Source of the DNA: Takakia lepidozioides
Lineage: Eukaryota > Plantae > Bryophyta
Reading direction: 5' to 3'
Length of the DNA stretch: 64,000 bases
Assembly: GCA_030704615.1 (NCBI GenBank)
Contig: CM060731.1
Span: forward strand, 40,610,001 to 40,674,000
The translations under genes and the position numbers were made by a program. Each line of letters opens with the position of its first letter. The stretch's first letter is position 1. Under the pieces are notes generated by a model, which was given only the letters and a program-made list of their open reading frames with translations, had not been told where the DNA came from and made no database searches. Of the stretch, positions 51,357 through 64,000 are shown piece by piece.

Positions 51357-54300
51357 TATGTAGTGTGTCTCCTTTTTTTTAAGTGTCAGGGTCCTCACTG
51401 ACCACCTTTAACGGCTGAACACCTATTGGTGGTATGAAGGGTTTTAAATCCCTCCTACTTCTTACCCATTCCTTGTCTGCTCCATCTCTCAACCTGCATC
51501 TTCGTGCAGCTTCTCCAGTCTTGGTTGTGCTTCCTGCGTCCTTGTATCCCAAAAAGTCATAGGGTCCCTCCCATGGAGATGTCATGGAAGACCTCTTTCC
51601 AGGTCTCAACATCATTACCTTGCTGTTCTCCATCAACGTGCAGTAGTATGCCCTGTTTGATGCCTTCTTTCATAATCTCTTGCCTGTTGACGCTGCCCTT
51701 TCTTCACACTCTTTCGCAGCTTTGCCTTCATCTCTGTGAGAAGCTGGATTTTCTGCTGCATCATAAGTGTGACTTCTGCTACAGATCCATCAGAATTTAC
51801 TGGTGTTGTAAGAAAATGCAACCTGTTGTCAATTCCCAGCCTGGGAATTCTACCAGTAAGTACCTGAAAAGGTGAGAACCCAGTGGAAGCATGGACACCC
51901 ATTCTGTAACCAAACAGGGCCTTATAGAGATTCTGATCCCACTCAGTGTCGTTTCCAACTCCTAGGGTGGTGATGCTCTGTTTGATGGACTTAATGACTC
52001 TTTCCACCATACCGTTACACTGAGGCCAGTAGGGGGCACTATGCTCCCTCTTTATACCGTATTCGTGGCATGTATCTTCAAACTCACCTCCCCACTCTGT
52101 GCCATTGTCAGTGAGCGTATGTGGGCAGCCATACCTGTCAATTACTTCTTCCTCAAGAAAGCGGGCAGCAAGGGCTGCTGTATGATCTGCCACTGGTGCA
52201 GCTTCTATCCATTTTGAGAAGTGATCGATTGCCACCAGAAAGTACTGATTGCCCCTGCTGGTTATAGGTAATGGTCCTGCCGTGTCAATTGCAACTCTGA
52301 AAAACAGATCCACTACTGGAATGCTGTGAAGTTTTGAGCTACCTGAGCGCAACACTCCGTTCTGTTTGGCCATCTGACATTTACCACAGCCCTTGAGTAC
52401 TTGCCTGATGAGTTTTGTTCTATCATGCCAGAAATAACGTCGGCATATCTCCTCTTGTGTTCTTCTGACTCCAAAGTGGCCAGTGGCTTCATGTACTTCA
52501 GTGATTATTGCCCCTCTGTCAGTCTTTGGTGGAACTACCCTTCCATCAAAGTAGACCTCACCTTTGAGATAGGAGTACTGCCTTGCCCGCCTCTTGACTC
52601 TCTTGCTCTCCTCTTTGTCAGGTAGTCATTGACTTCTCCAAAACATAAGAGGTGCATGACCTCCACATCATCAAGCACATCAGGTTGCCTTTCCTCCCTA
52701 ACAGCTGCTGTATGATGGTCAGAGCTGAGTAGAGAGCTTTTCCCACATCTTTCAGCCTCACGTAATAATGACATCTGAGTAGCTTTGGTGGGTGTGGTCC
52801 ATGGTACCCAGTCCGCTTCATCAATCTTGTTGCAAGAAGAAGTGTCTTGTTCTGAACCACTTGTTCCATCACTGTCTGAAGAACAAAACGTCTTGGTGGA
52901 ACACTCACCCCCCATGTTTTTCTTGGCTGGGCATTCTGATGAGGAAGTCACCCGCGTTCTTGTTGTTGGAGTGCTTGTCAAGTGTTGAAGGAATGGTGTC
53001 CCTTGCAAGCTTCCCTTTTCATTGTTCAATCTCTCTTCCACAAGTTCAGGCTGGATGTACCTCGCTCAGCTGCTTATCACGAGCACAAGATCCTCGGGTA
53101 ATCACATGGATGGTGGGACAAGAGGGCATCAGATGCTCCTTTTCCTTGTTGCTGATTGCAGTAGCCTCTATCCTTCCTGCCCTTATCCTTCCAAATACCC
53201 TCCCTCACCAGATTGACAGAGCTTGATTGATCAATACCCTTTCCTTGTTTTTTTTTTGTAGCAAAAGTCTGTGCAGCAAAAGTCACCCTCTTTCCTTCTC
53301 CATCTGGCATTATGCCTGGTTTCAGTTCTCCTTTCAATATGCCATGATCCTTGGTCAACATTCCACCTGTGGAAGATCTTACTATACCCGGAACGAACTC
53401 AAATGAAAAATCACCAAGTAAGTCTATGCCTATGTGGTGCTCTGAGTATAGCCACCAATATGGATCTAGATCTGTTCAAAGAAAAATGACTTCCCAACAG
53501 TATTTCCTTGAAGTGCCAAAGGCCCCATACACATGCATAGTACTCTTCTCTTTTGCAAATCATCTCCCCTTTTTCACTGCTATACCCTACTTGCCTATGA
53601 GCTTCTTCTCTCAACTCCTCCTTCCCCTCCTTAAATTGAAATAATGAAGCATTGATGGCACCCCTATCCCAAGCTAACTTAAGAAGATAGGCTCCATCCC
53701 TCTTTCTCCCTTCTCTTTTCTGACTGTACAGAGAAGTAGAGTATACCTCGATTTCCTCGGTTTCCTCAGCTGGTCCCACTGGATACCTGCTTAGTGCATC
53801 TACGTTAGCATGCCTAGCACCTGCTCTGTGAACAATTTTAAACTCAAAATCTTGTAACATCATGATCCATCTACCCCTGCGTCCATATGCGTCACTTACC
53901 GTTGCCAACCATTCCAGTGGTTTGTGATCAGTCCTGATTACAAAAGGGGTTCCATACAGGTACTGTCGAAAATGTAATACTCCCCACACCAGTGCATAGC
54001 ATTCACCCTCCATAGGGTGATATGCGCTGAGCATCAGATAGTACCTTACTGGCGTATGCAATGACCCTCTCCTTTTTATACTCCTTTTGTGACAAGACTG
54101 CCCCTACTCCTTTGATGGACCAGTCAACATCCAAGACGAACGGTCTTGAGAAATCTGGTCTTGCCAGGATGGGAGCAGTTACCAACTTCACCTGTAAGGT
54201 AGAAAAAGCGTTTTGTGCCTCTGCACTCCAGATAAACTTTACATCCTTCTTGGTTAGAGTGAACAAGGGTACTGCCACTCCAGCATATCCTTTGACATAG

Positions 54301-57300
54301 GGCCTATAGTACCCTGTCATGCCTAAGTAGCTTTTGAGAGCAGTGTGGTTTTTGGGCAAGGGAAACCTTTCAATAGCAGCTATCTTATCTGGATCAGGCC
54401 ACGTTCCTTCTTCAGAGATCACATGCCCAAGGAATACCAACTGTAAGTTGGCAAAGTAACACTTGTCCGGATTGAGCCTAAGATTGGCCTTTCTAACCTT
54501 GCTCAATACTCTCTTTATATGTCCCACGTGATCTCCCCAGTCCTTGCTATGGATATTGACGTCATCTACAAACACCTTAGCGCAATCTTTGATTTCTTCC
54601 TTGAGCACTCTATTCATTGTTCTGAAAGGTAGCAGTGGCATTTTTAGCCCGAATGGCATGACCAGCCATTCATACAATCCCTTCTTTGTGATCACCGCTG
54701 TTTTGCCTATGTCTCGGTCGTCCATTTTGATCTGCCAAAAACCAGATTGTAAATCCAGCGCAAAACCACTTGGCTTTCCCCAACTGGTTTAAAACATCCT
54801 GAATTAATGGCATAGGGTAAGAGTCCCTTCTGGTCAAACGGTTTACTGGCCTAAAATCACCACAAAACCGCTTGGATCCATCCTTTTTTGGTGGAAGGGT
54901 AACTGGACACGACCATTCTGAACTACTCTCTCTCATCTTGCCTTGTGAGATCAAAGTCTCAATTTGTCCTTGGACCTCGTCTTCCTCCCATTCTGATAGG
55001 CGGCTGGGACGACTTCTGCAAGGGGGAAAACCTTGTGTGTCAATTGTGTGTTCTACCTCACTGCAGTATCCCAAGTCAGCCTTGCTAAGAGCAAAGCATT
55101 CCTGGTTTGCTTTCAGCTCTTGCTCAAGCTCTATCCTATGTTCTGGGGCCAGTTCTGGGTTGATGTGCAGTCTGGATTTCAGACTTCTCCAACGACTCTC
55201 CATTTCTTCCTCTTGACTGGGTTCCCAATTCTTTCCCTCCACCTGGCTTACAGAGTTAGCCATTCTCTGTCGTTCCTCTTGTGTGACAACCTGATTCCAA
55301 TCATGGAAGTCATCCTCTATTTCTAGGTTGTTGTTCCCTAGTTCACCATTCCAAGCTTTCTGATAAGCTTCCTGTATTATGGCAGCAGCCATGCTTATGG
55401 GTCTCTTCCTGAAGGAGTTCAGACATCCCTTGGTCCTCGAACAAGTCCTCCCCTAGGTTGACATCGTCTATTATTTCCTCAACATCCCTCAGTGCTGTTT
55501 CTACCTCCTTACTCTCCTCAGAGCCTCCCATCTCCTCATCTTTATCAGATTTAGAGGTGTCAGAACCTGAGGATGCTTCCTCCGTGTCCTCATATTCTTC
55601 CTCTGGTTTTCTTTTCTTCTCCCACAAGCCTAGGTACTGTTCATCTGACGTCAGGGTTAGGACATTACCTGCTGACGTACTGCTTGCATATCTCATTCTA
55701 CTCTCGACCCCTCTATGGTAGGCTGTTTTGGTAACTGCAGGCTCATTATAATTGATGGTGTGCAAAGGGAAGTGAGCAAATCCTTTCCTGGCCCATAGCG
55801 TACGCGAATTGTTTCAGCTTCGGTGTCCACTACAGCGCCAAACTTTTTGAGAAAGTCCAATCCTAGCAGCATGTGATATGTATCCGTGTTCACCACCATA
55901 AAGGACAAACGATTGGTTAGTTCTCCTACTTTGACCTTGATGTCCTCAAGTCTGCCCATTGCAGTCTCAAGAGCACCTGAGGCTACTCTGTAATTCACAT
56001 CCTTACTAGTAATGACAGATCCCATCAAACCCAGATCCCTGACTGTACTAGCTGATATTACAGAAAGCATGGCACCAGTGTCAATCTGGCCTAATACTTG
56101 GTAATCTCCCATTGTAATCATTACATGAAGCGCTTTAACCTTACCAGTATAAGCATACGAGATCGTGGGCTCAGCGTGTGCTGAGTACAAAGGCCTTGGT
56201 ACATCCTTCACAACTTCTACACTGTGAGTTGTCCCTTTGTTGTACCATTGCTCTTTCCACCACTTTGACCAGCCCTTTCAATTTGTCTAGCTCTCCGGGC
56301 ACAGTCATGATCAGGTCCATGGGCGACAACGATATTCTCCCTTTGTAGAAGTGGTTCAAGATTCTGGATTTCGTACCTCCTTCTATAGCATTCTTGAAAT
56401 TGTTCTTTGGGTAGATTTCACTCTTGGTCTTGCTTGGCTGTTCACTGCTCTCACTATTCCTTTCTGGTGACCCTGTAGGTTCAACAATCGGACTCTGGAC
56501 AGGTATGCGTGTCCTTGGAAGTCTGACTTCATTGATACTATTTCGTGACATCAGATCTGTCATCTCTGCGAGTACATCATCCTCATCATCATAGAACACG
56601 TCTACAAAGTTAGTTCCCGGAGTTCCCATCATAGTTTGGTCGAGTTTTCTACTGCACTCACTCTCCGTATGCCCGAGTAGCTTGCAAAAGTTGCATCTCA
56701 CACCACACATTTCCGTGGAATGCCCGAACCGGTGACATTTGTCACACTTAGCTGGGGTTCTTCCTTCAGGACAATATGCAGCTATGTGACCTTCTTTGTG
56801 ACAAACATTACAAAGGCGAACACGAGGTGGTGTTCTAGATCCCGAGCTTTCTCCTATGACTGGTCCCCTATCAAAGTACTTCTGTAGGGTAGTGTTCAGC
56901 TGATCAAGTCTTCTGTCCACAGGGTTGACAAACACAACTGACTCATCTGTATCATCTCCTTCCAATGGTTCTAGAGGTATTTCCCCTAACTTTCCCAGGC
57001 CCTTCAATCTCAATGGCTGTGTCAAGTGCTTCCTCTACATCAAGGAAGCGCCTGCCCAGCATTACTCTTGCTATTTCTGGTCTCAAACCTGCTGCAAATC
57101 TACGTCTCTGTTCCAAATCAGACGCCCCACTTCTTATAAATAACCGTTCAACCTATCGAAGTATGTTTGAACCCTTTGTCTACTCTCCTGTTTAATGGTA
57201 TCCATTCTTAGCCTAATTTCTGCCAAGTCAACGATACCAAACTTGGCTGAAATTGCTGCCCTGAAGTCCACCCAGTTGTTTGGTCTAGGGTTTTGTTTAC

Positions 57301-57923
57301 GGTACCATTCATCAGCCTTGGCTCTCAGGTTGAGCCTTGCTACCTTGAAAGTCTTGTCCTCATTCAAATCCCTGACATCTGCCTCCATCTGAATTCTCTC
57401 CAGCCAGTCATTTACATCCTCACTATTCCTACCATGATAAGGCGCATCTATGCTGGTTGGACTGGTCATCCTTCTATTCTCTAATCAAAGTTCAAACTGT
57501 TTCAACACCTAATTCTGACTCTAATTTTCCGCAACTCCCTTAATGTTGACCTCTATACCACTCCCCTGTCCATTTCGCAACATCTCTACTCTACCTCCCC
57601 ATGTCACCTCTCGTGCCATGGTATTTATCTTCACCCACCTTCCTAACTCTCTTATCCAAAGTGCTATGGTTGTTCTTCCACCAGTATGAATCACTCTAAG
57701 ACATAAATCACCATTCGCTATTCTCCAAGCAGGGTTGAAGAAGTACAAACAAGGGTCTGCGTGTGCATTTGGTGTGCGTCTGCTGAAGCAAATCAGCACA
57801 TCTCCAATGCTTGGTTCATCAGGAATCAGTGTGTGGTCTCTTCCTGCCATCAAACCATCCAATACCAGTCAAGATCCCTAGCTAGTAGAAATCAAGATTT
57901 AACATCCTAAAGCTCTGATACCA

Positions 57924-60239
57924 AAAGAAGGGGCGTGAATCCCCTTCTGTGCAAGTCTAGTTGTGCTCTTCCCTAGGTCAATCGGAGGGAAGGAAAGGAG
58001 CTCTCCCTCTCAGCTGATCCAACCATCGTCACTCGGTGTGGGTTTCCATCAGGTCCTTCGTGATCAGAGTTCGCACAATCCTCATCCACGCCGCAGCGGA
58101 AGAGAAGACATGGATGGGGAGTCTGTATTGTTTTCACCCGTGGTTCTACTTCTACACGACATCCTTTCCCTGATACACTGCACCAGCCATGTTACCATGC
58201 GGTCTTCAGTGATGCAACCAGCCCTACGTCAGTGATGACCACTGCCCTTGTGGGCAGCTCTCTTGGTCAACAATACGTGGAATCCCCTTTGTAACAAGAT
58301 CACGATTTGGAAGGCGGCAACGCAGATCTGCCATGAGTTTGCAGGCCCACCAGTTTGGCCCTTCATGGGTTCATGCTTTCTTTATCTTACCTCCCCAATC
58401 ATCCATTCCTCATCATAACCTCTTGCTGGTCAACTCTCTCCCTTGTGTCCTTTTCTCTCTCCCTCTCTCTTTCTTTCAGGATAAGTGGGTTCCTCACTCT
58501 TTCCACTGTAACATGCCTATGATGCAATGCAATGCGCATTCAGCCAAGCATCCAGTGCACCCAGCATTGAAATCAACCTTGGTCACACAAGATATAATCA
58601 GCCCTTTTATCAGTCCCTCTCTTGCCAATGACAGATGCTTCACACTCCACTTTTCCCAGGTATAACCATTGCCCAAGACAGCTCTCAACCCTTCTACAGG
58701 TCTCAATTTACACACCCTGACAGCTCTCTTTTTCCCATCAGCTGTGAACCTCAGTGGTTCATGGGCTGAGAGCACTCTGAGAATCAGATCCAAACCCAAA
58801 CAGATGCTGGTTTTTCTGCCCCATCCACATCATCCCTTCTTGTTGTTTCCAAACAGTTCTATCTAACCCTCTCTGGTTTCCTCTACCTACTAAGCTAGTT
58901 CCACATTGGCTGCAATGTGTCAACATCCCAGGCTAGATTGTTTGTACAAGCTCATGACGTTGAAACAAGGAACAAGAATACAACAACAGTAACCATTCTG
59001 TCCCAGCAACGAGTCTACCCTGTTTCCATTCATTTTCCTACTGTACAATGTAATAGCAGGTGCATCCATCTCCAGCCCATCCTGGTTTGAAGTCCAGTGT
59101 CTTCATTCCATTTACAAAGCTCTTTTCTTCCTCACATGTCAGTGTCTCTTACTACATACAAGAGACAGTTCAAACTTCACAAAGCGATTTCTAAGCAACC
59201 AAAAAAAAAAAGGGGGGGCCAACACTCCTCAAACTTATCTGTCTTATACTCCTTGAAGTGGTGGGTCTGCCTGTCAAGAAGGCACCTATCCTCTCCCTCG
59301 TCAGCCATCTCCGACGTTTCTTCTTATCGTGATTCCAGTCCTCATTAAGGCATGACGGCTCTGCTTCAGCTGCTGGCACATCCTTGTGCCTGCCAACCTC
59401 TACCCTATCCTTCTACATGTGCATTTCCTCCCTATGAAGTGATCTGGTCCTACAGCCCTTAAGACAGAGAGCAGATACATAACTTATTTATAGATAGCTT
59501 AAGCGCCATACACACCAGAAGGCGGCACCGCTTCCTCTTGCACAGAAAGCCAAGCCAGATCCCTCAACGTCACTCTTTAAGGCAAGCTGATTCCCTTACA
59601 AAGTGATCTGGTCCTACAGCTCAAAAAACAGACAGCAGCTACAAGATTTGATCACTGACAACCTGAGGCGATAATACACACCAGCCTGCATTTCTCATCC
59701 CCCAACACCTGCTGAGCCACTCCATCTCCTCATTAATGTGCTCACAAATACCATGGCGACAGCAGTGGTGCACCGCCCTTATCACAAACCCGATCCCTCA
59801 GGTTTGATCATTGCTTACGAAGAAGGCGGCACCGCTTCTTCTTGCACAGAAAGCCAAGCAGGAGCTCTTAACATTTCTCTTAAAAGCAAGCTGATACCCT
59901 TTGCGTAGGTGGAACCTTCTCAGATATCCTGTGCTGCCAACACCACTGCAGCAGCTGCGAAAAGATCCACGCACTCTTCCCCTTCGAATTTCACATCCCG
60001 CTTCTAGGGTTCAACATCATGGATGAAAATCATTCATCCTAGGGATGAAAAAGGTGCATGTCATAACTTAGCCATATTTTGTTCTTGGCAGATAAATAGC
60101 ATAGTCCTTCCATGGAATTACCTCAAGTTATGGTCAATTCCTCCCCTTCATTAGCACGAAGGGTACTCCCTTTGTAGTAGTGCCGAAACCTGATGCCAAA
60201 CACAAACTTGAGATTTTTACTCCCTGCATTCACACTACA
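57924..60239 (-). repeat. 5' LTR of element D
   Basis: Abuts the PBS with no terminal CA; differs from the 3' LTR mostly by small indels. Confidence 0.95.
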
Positions 60240-60370
60240 CACTACCTAAAAGTTGTCACTCAGAGCTCACTCCGTATAGTTGGAGGCCATATCATTGCAC
60301 CGCCGACGAATTGATGTGAATTACACATTTCAAATCATGGTCGTCCACATACCACATTGCATAGTTGATG

Positions 60371-60724
60371 CTACCCATGTGTTGTATTCCGCTGCAAAAG
60401 AGTATCGACCTCGTTGAAACTCATAGTGGCCTGGTGAATGAAGTTGTCACGTTTGGGATCGCAAACCATCCTCTTCAAAAATATGAAATACAAATGTTTG
60501 CAGGGTATGAATTTACCTCTCTTGCCCAAACTGGTTGATAGCATATTCACAAAATCAGGACATGTGCAATTGGGGAAATTGGAAACCGTGATGTCGTAGG
60601 TCCTGTCATGAACAGCAGATGTGGAAGTGATGATTGTGAATACCTGACCATATCCTGGATCGGGTACTTCCGTGGTGCTTCCAACACGAGCTTGGAGCAT
60701 TCTTGCGGTCGTGCACACCTTCAT
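60371..60724 (-). pseudogene. SWIM zinc-finger ORF fragment, probably transposon-derived
   Basis: YDITVSNFPNCTCPDF...PCKHLYFIF is a CxC-xn-CxH SWIM motif; upstream part cut by the CACTA at 60803. Confidence 0.75.
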
Positions 60725-60802
60725 GCCCCGATTCTAGGTCTGGAGTCCATGTCTGTCCCTATCCCACCAGCTCCGCTCGTCGTCTCTCATGATCAGACTC
60801 GA

Positions 60803-63800
60803 CACTATAAGAAAACAAACATAGCTCTGTCATGTTTGTCTTTCACGATCAAACTCGACACAAAGAAAACAAACAGATGCCACAATGGCAGGGAAGACAA
60901 AAAAACGCTAAGTCCCCTCACTCATGATTGGATGGATGAATGTAACAATAGATGGATGGATTTTGGGTTTTCCATCAACACACAAACCACTAAAGTTTTT
61001 CACCATAGAAGTAATACCAATCACTGGTGTGTATGTAATCACTAACGCGTAACCACTTGCTGAGTGGTTCCAACCATTTTCCGAGTGGTTCCAATTACTC
61101 GCCGAGTGGTTCCAGTTACTAAATGGTCTATAACCACTCACTCTACACCACTCTCAAAGTGGTACCAATCAATGGGGGTCTTTAACCACTCCAGATTTAC
61201 GTATACTGTCCCCGTCCACGTGGAATAATATAGTTCATAATTAAATATATTTTGAAATGATAAATCTTAAATAAAAATTGAATTATTACACGTGGAGTAG
61301 CAAGTGGTTCAATCACCTCCCATCACTCAGTGTCTTCAACCACTCACAACCCACCACAGAAGTAGTATCAATCACTCACGTGTATGTAACCACTCACAAG
61401 TGCCCACTTGAAGAGTGGTTCCAGTTACAAAAGGGTCTTAACCACTCACATTCCACCACTGTGCAAGTGGTACCAATCACTGGGGGGTCTTTAACCACTC
61501 CAGATCTACGTATATTATCCTCGTCCACGTGGAATAATATATTTTGAAATGATAAAAATCTTAAAAAAAAATATATTACACGTGGAGTAGAAAGTGGTTT
61601 CAACCACTTCCCATCACTGAGATGTCTTTAACCACTCATAATTTATCACTGTACCCGTCCATATCGGATATTATCATTATTAATATAAATATTTGACCAA
61701 ATATCGAATAATAAATATAAAATTAAATATTACACGTGGATTACTCAGTGGTTGAAACCACTTCCAACCACTCCATATGATGCCACCATGGCATTTCATC
61801 GGAATCAATCCACGACTTTCCAGCTTATGGGTTGCTAGCAGGATGCGCACACGGGGGATACAAGGCCTGCCCAGCTTGCGGCCCTAATGTTGATTCCAGG
61901 TACTCCAAGGCATGCAAAAAAGTTTTGTATCTTGGTCATAGGAGATACTTGCCCAATGTTCATCCCTACAGGAATAACTCATCCCACTTTAATGGACATG
62001 TGGAACATAGAGCAGCTCCTATGGTGGTCACTGCAAGTGATCAATTTGACCGAGCTACAGCCATAGAGTTGTAACTCGCAATGGGAGGGGCTGAGGGGGG
62101 AAAACATGACCCTTCAAAGGAACATGGCATGAAACAAGTCACTGTTTTGAACCAATTGCCATATTGGAAAGACTTACTCATCCGATACACACTGGATGTG
62201 ATACATTGTGAAAAAATTTTGTGTGAGAATGTGCTGAGAACCATTCTTGGGGAGAAGGACACAGCCACATCTAGGAAGGATATGGAACTAAATGTCATTC
62301 GTGAACACTGGTGTTGAGACCCCATCCCTCTCAACCGAACAAGTTGGTGAAGCCTTTGGCCCCATATGTTCTTACTGAAGATGAGAAGGTGTTGTTTTTG
62401 GAAACGTTGGCTGCAGTAAAGGCCCCCACAGGTTATGCTGCCACATTCCAGAAACATGTGGCTGACAATAAACTGTCTACGATGAAAACCCATGACTACC
62501 ATGTAATGATGCAACAGATTTTACCTCTTTGCATTCGAGGGGTATTGGGAAAGGGTCCACGGATGGCAATGTGTGTTTCGTTTCTGCCAATGGTATAAGC
62601 TATAATCCTAATTTGCAATTCTCATTTGGACAGGGCCTATGAAGAGGAGATGGCACTCATAGAAGCATCCCGCACTGAGGTTAGAACAACATTCCTTTGC
62701 GAACAAGACCAGGACCACCACAATAGAGAAATTCCATACCCAACAGATATGCGCTTACTGGCTCCATTCCATGAATGGATTGAAGGTGTTGTCCAACGCA
62801 AGGTGAGTTCAGGTGAGTCCTATGATTTGGACATATGCCATTTATGTATACCACCAGCAGTACAGTCCTTGGGCTTCAAGTCCATGTATGCTTACGGCAA
62901 TCACTTTCGAGCAATACGTGATGGGACTGGCGCCACAGACACGGTGACATTTGATTCTGGAGTTGGTCAAGTATTCCATCAGGAAAGCGAAAATAGTGCA
63001 GGTATGTCAAGACGAGTGTTATCCCAATTGGAATATGTGGGTGTTGTAAGAGAAATAATTCAACTGGATTACGGAATTCTTCGCCCAATTCTGTTCTTGT
63101 GTAGATGGGTGAGGGTCACACATGGTGGGCCCGGAATGCCACCATGAAATGAGATGATTTCTCTTCTCTTTGACTTCAGTCGCATGTTACCTCGGATGGA
63201 GCAGCCCTGGACATTCCCTAGTCAGGTGGAGCAAGTTTTTTCTCGGAGGAAAAAAGTTCACGAGGGAACTGGAAGGTGGTCCTTCACAAGGACCGTCGAT
63301 CCCGACGGGTGGTTCACGATATTACAGGAGTGGCACTGGGTGAGGGAGACACTTATGTAGGCATGGTGCCTCCTGAAATTCCTCATAACATCATGACTGA
63401 GCCTGCTGTTTGTGTTCCTTTGAGTGAGGCAGATGAATTGGCCATTGCCAACTTGAATGCACCTGCAAGGCAGAGGCAAAATGGTGGAAGGCACAGGCAA
63501 GCTCCACATGGGAGGTACCAGGCCAGTTGTGCTATGGTCTAGAGTTGGTTTCTGCTATTGCATGTATTTTTCCAGGGTTTACACTTGATACAACATGGTA
63601 CCTTGCATGGGTGGGAGTGACTGAGCTATTGGGGTGGGCAAAATTCTGACAAACACACTTTCATTGTGACAGTGAACTCCTAACAGTCATGAAGCTGTAG
63701 CATGAATACTTTTCTGACCCTAGTCAATGGTGGCCCAATTGTGGCAAAAAGGTGAATGCCTGTTGGATTACAGAGAGTAGCAGATGCAATTGAGCATAGG

Positions 63801-64000
63801 AACTAGTGCGAGAAGTTGAGTTGGGTGTTTCCTAGAACAAATGTAGGCTGTTATTGTCAGCTACTATCAGCAAGGCAAGGATGTATGCATGATTTGTGCA
63901 GAGGCATGGATAGCTGAAGGAGCAGGGATAGAGTGTGGGTCCAGATTCATCCAAGAGGGCCACATTTCAAGCACAACATTGCCTATGATTCCTTGTGGAA
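60803..64000 (+). mobile_element. CACTA (En/Spm) element, left end plus degenerate, internally deleted transposase
   Basis: TIR CACTATAAGAAAA; many AACCACT/AGTGGTT subterminal motifs 61050-61770; transposase GYKACPACG...YLGHRRYLP..HPYR, LPYWKDL...LDVIHCEK, MKTHDYHVMMQ and YVGVVREIIQLDY...LFLCRW. Confidence 0.9.

Larger units (their letters stand above)
49042..60239 (-). mobile_element. Young full-length Ty3/Gypsy element D with ~2.3-kb LTRs, no DNMT
   Basis: Near-identical LTRs; Met PBS 57912-57923; gag with CCHC knuckles; PR QIDTGA; RT FVDD; RH LDVDWS; INT AIDTAGPLP...TDNG...NGMVER and WEGPY; PPT 51368-51380; ends TGTAGTGTG...CACACTACA flanked by CAC. Confidence 0.95.

Noticed and set aside
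49042-60244. Element D ends as CACTA TIRs (CACTAC motif, 3-bp duplication)
   Set aside because: The motif faces the wrong way for a CACTA element (ends read TG...CA), and it recurs at the PPT as part of the retroelement.

Overview
Nuclear genomic DNA from a land plant with flagellated sperm, most likely a moss or other bryophyte (inferred from an intraflagellar-transport gene and a moss-like cyclin D). The first ~19 kb is a gene island with three intron-containing minus-strand genes: WDR35/IFT121 (20 exons in the window, 3' end outside it, one in-frame TAA in exon 6), a DUF1499-family protein and a D-type cyclin. From ~19.4 kb to the end is a nest of transposons: a MITE, a CRE-like non-LTR fragment, a chromovirus-type Gypsy, two CACTA left ends, a SWIM-finger DNA transposon, a gag remnant and three Gypsy copies sharing an RNase H 'DWS' motif. 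Main discovery: two copies of a Gypsy family with a DNMT3-like C5 DNA methyltransferase between protease and reverse transcriptase. One copy (split into 25832-28462 and 39108-45744) also ends its integrase in a PHD finger, giving Gag-PR-DNMT-RT-RH-INT-PHD. Second discovery: non-canonical termini. The TSD-flanked DNMT copy has TG..CA ends but no LTR pair. The related 49042-60239 element has a perfect 20-bp palindrome right after its PPT and LTR ends that look like an opened 2-LTR circle junction, suggesting integration through circular cDNA. All calls come from manual reading and translation; no database searches were run. Many 1-bp indels in young repeats may be assembly errors.
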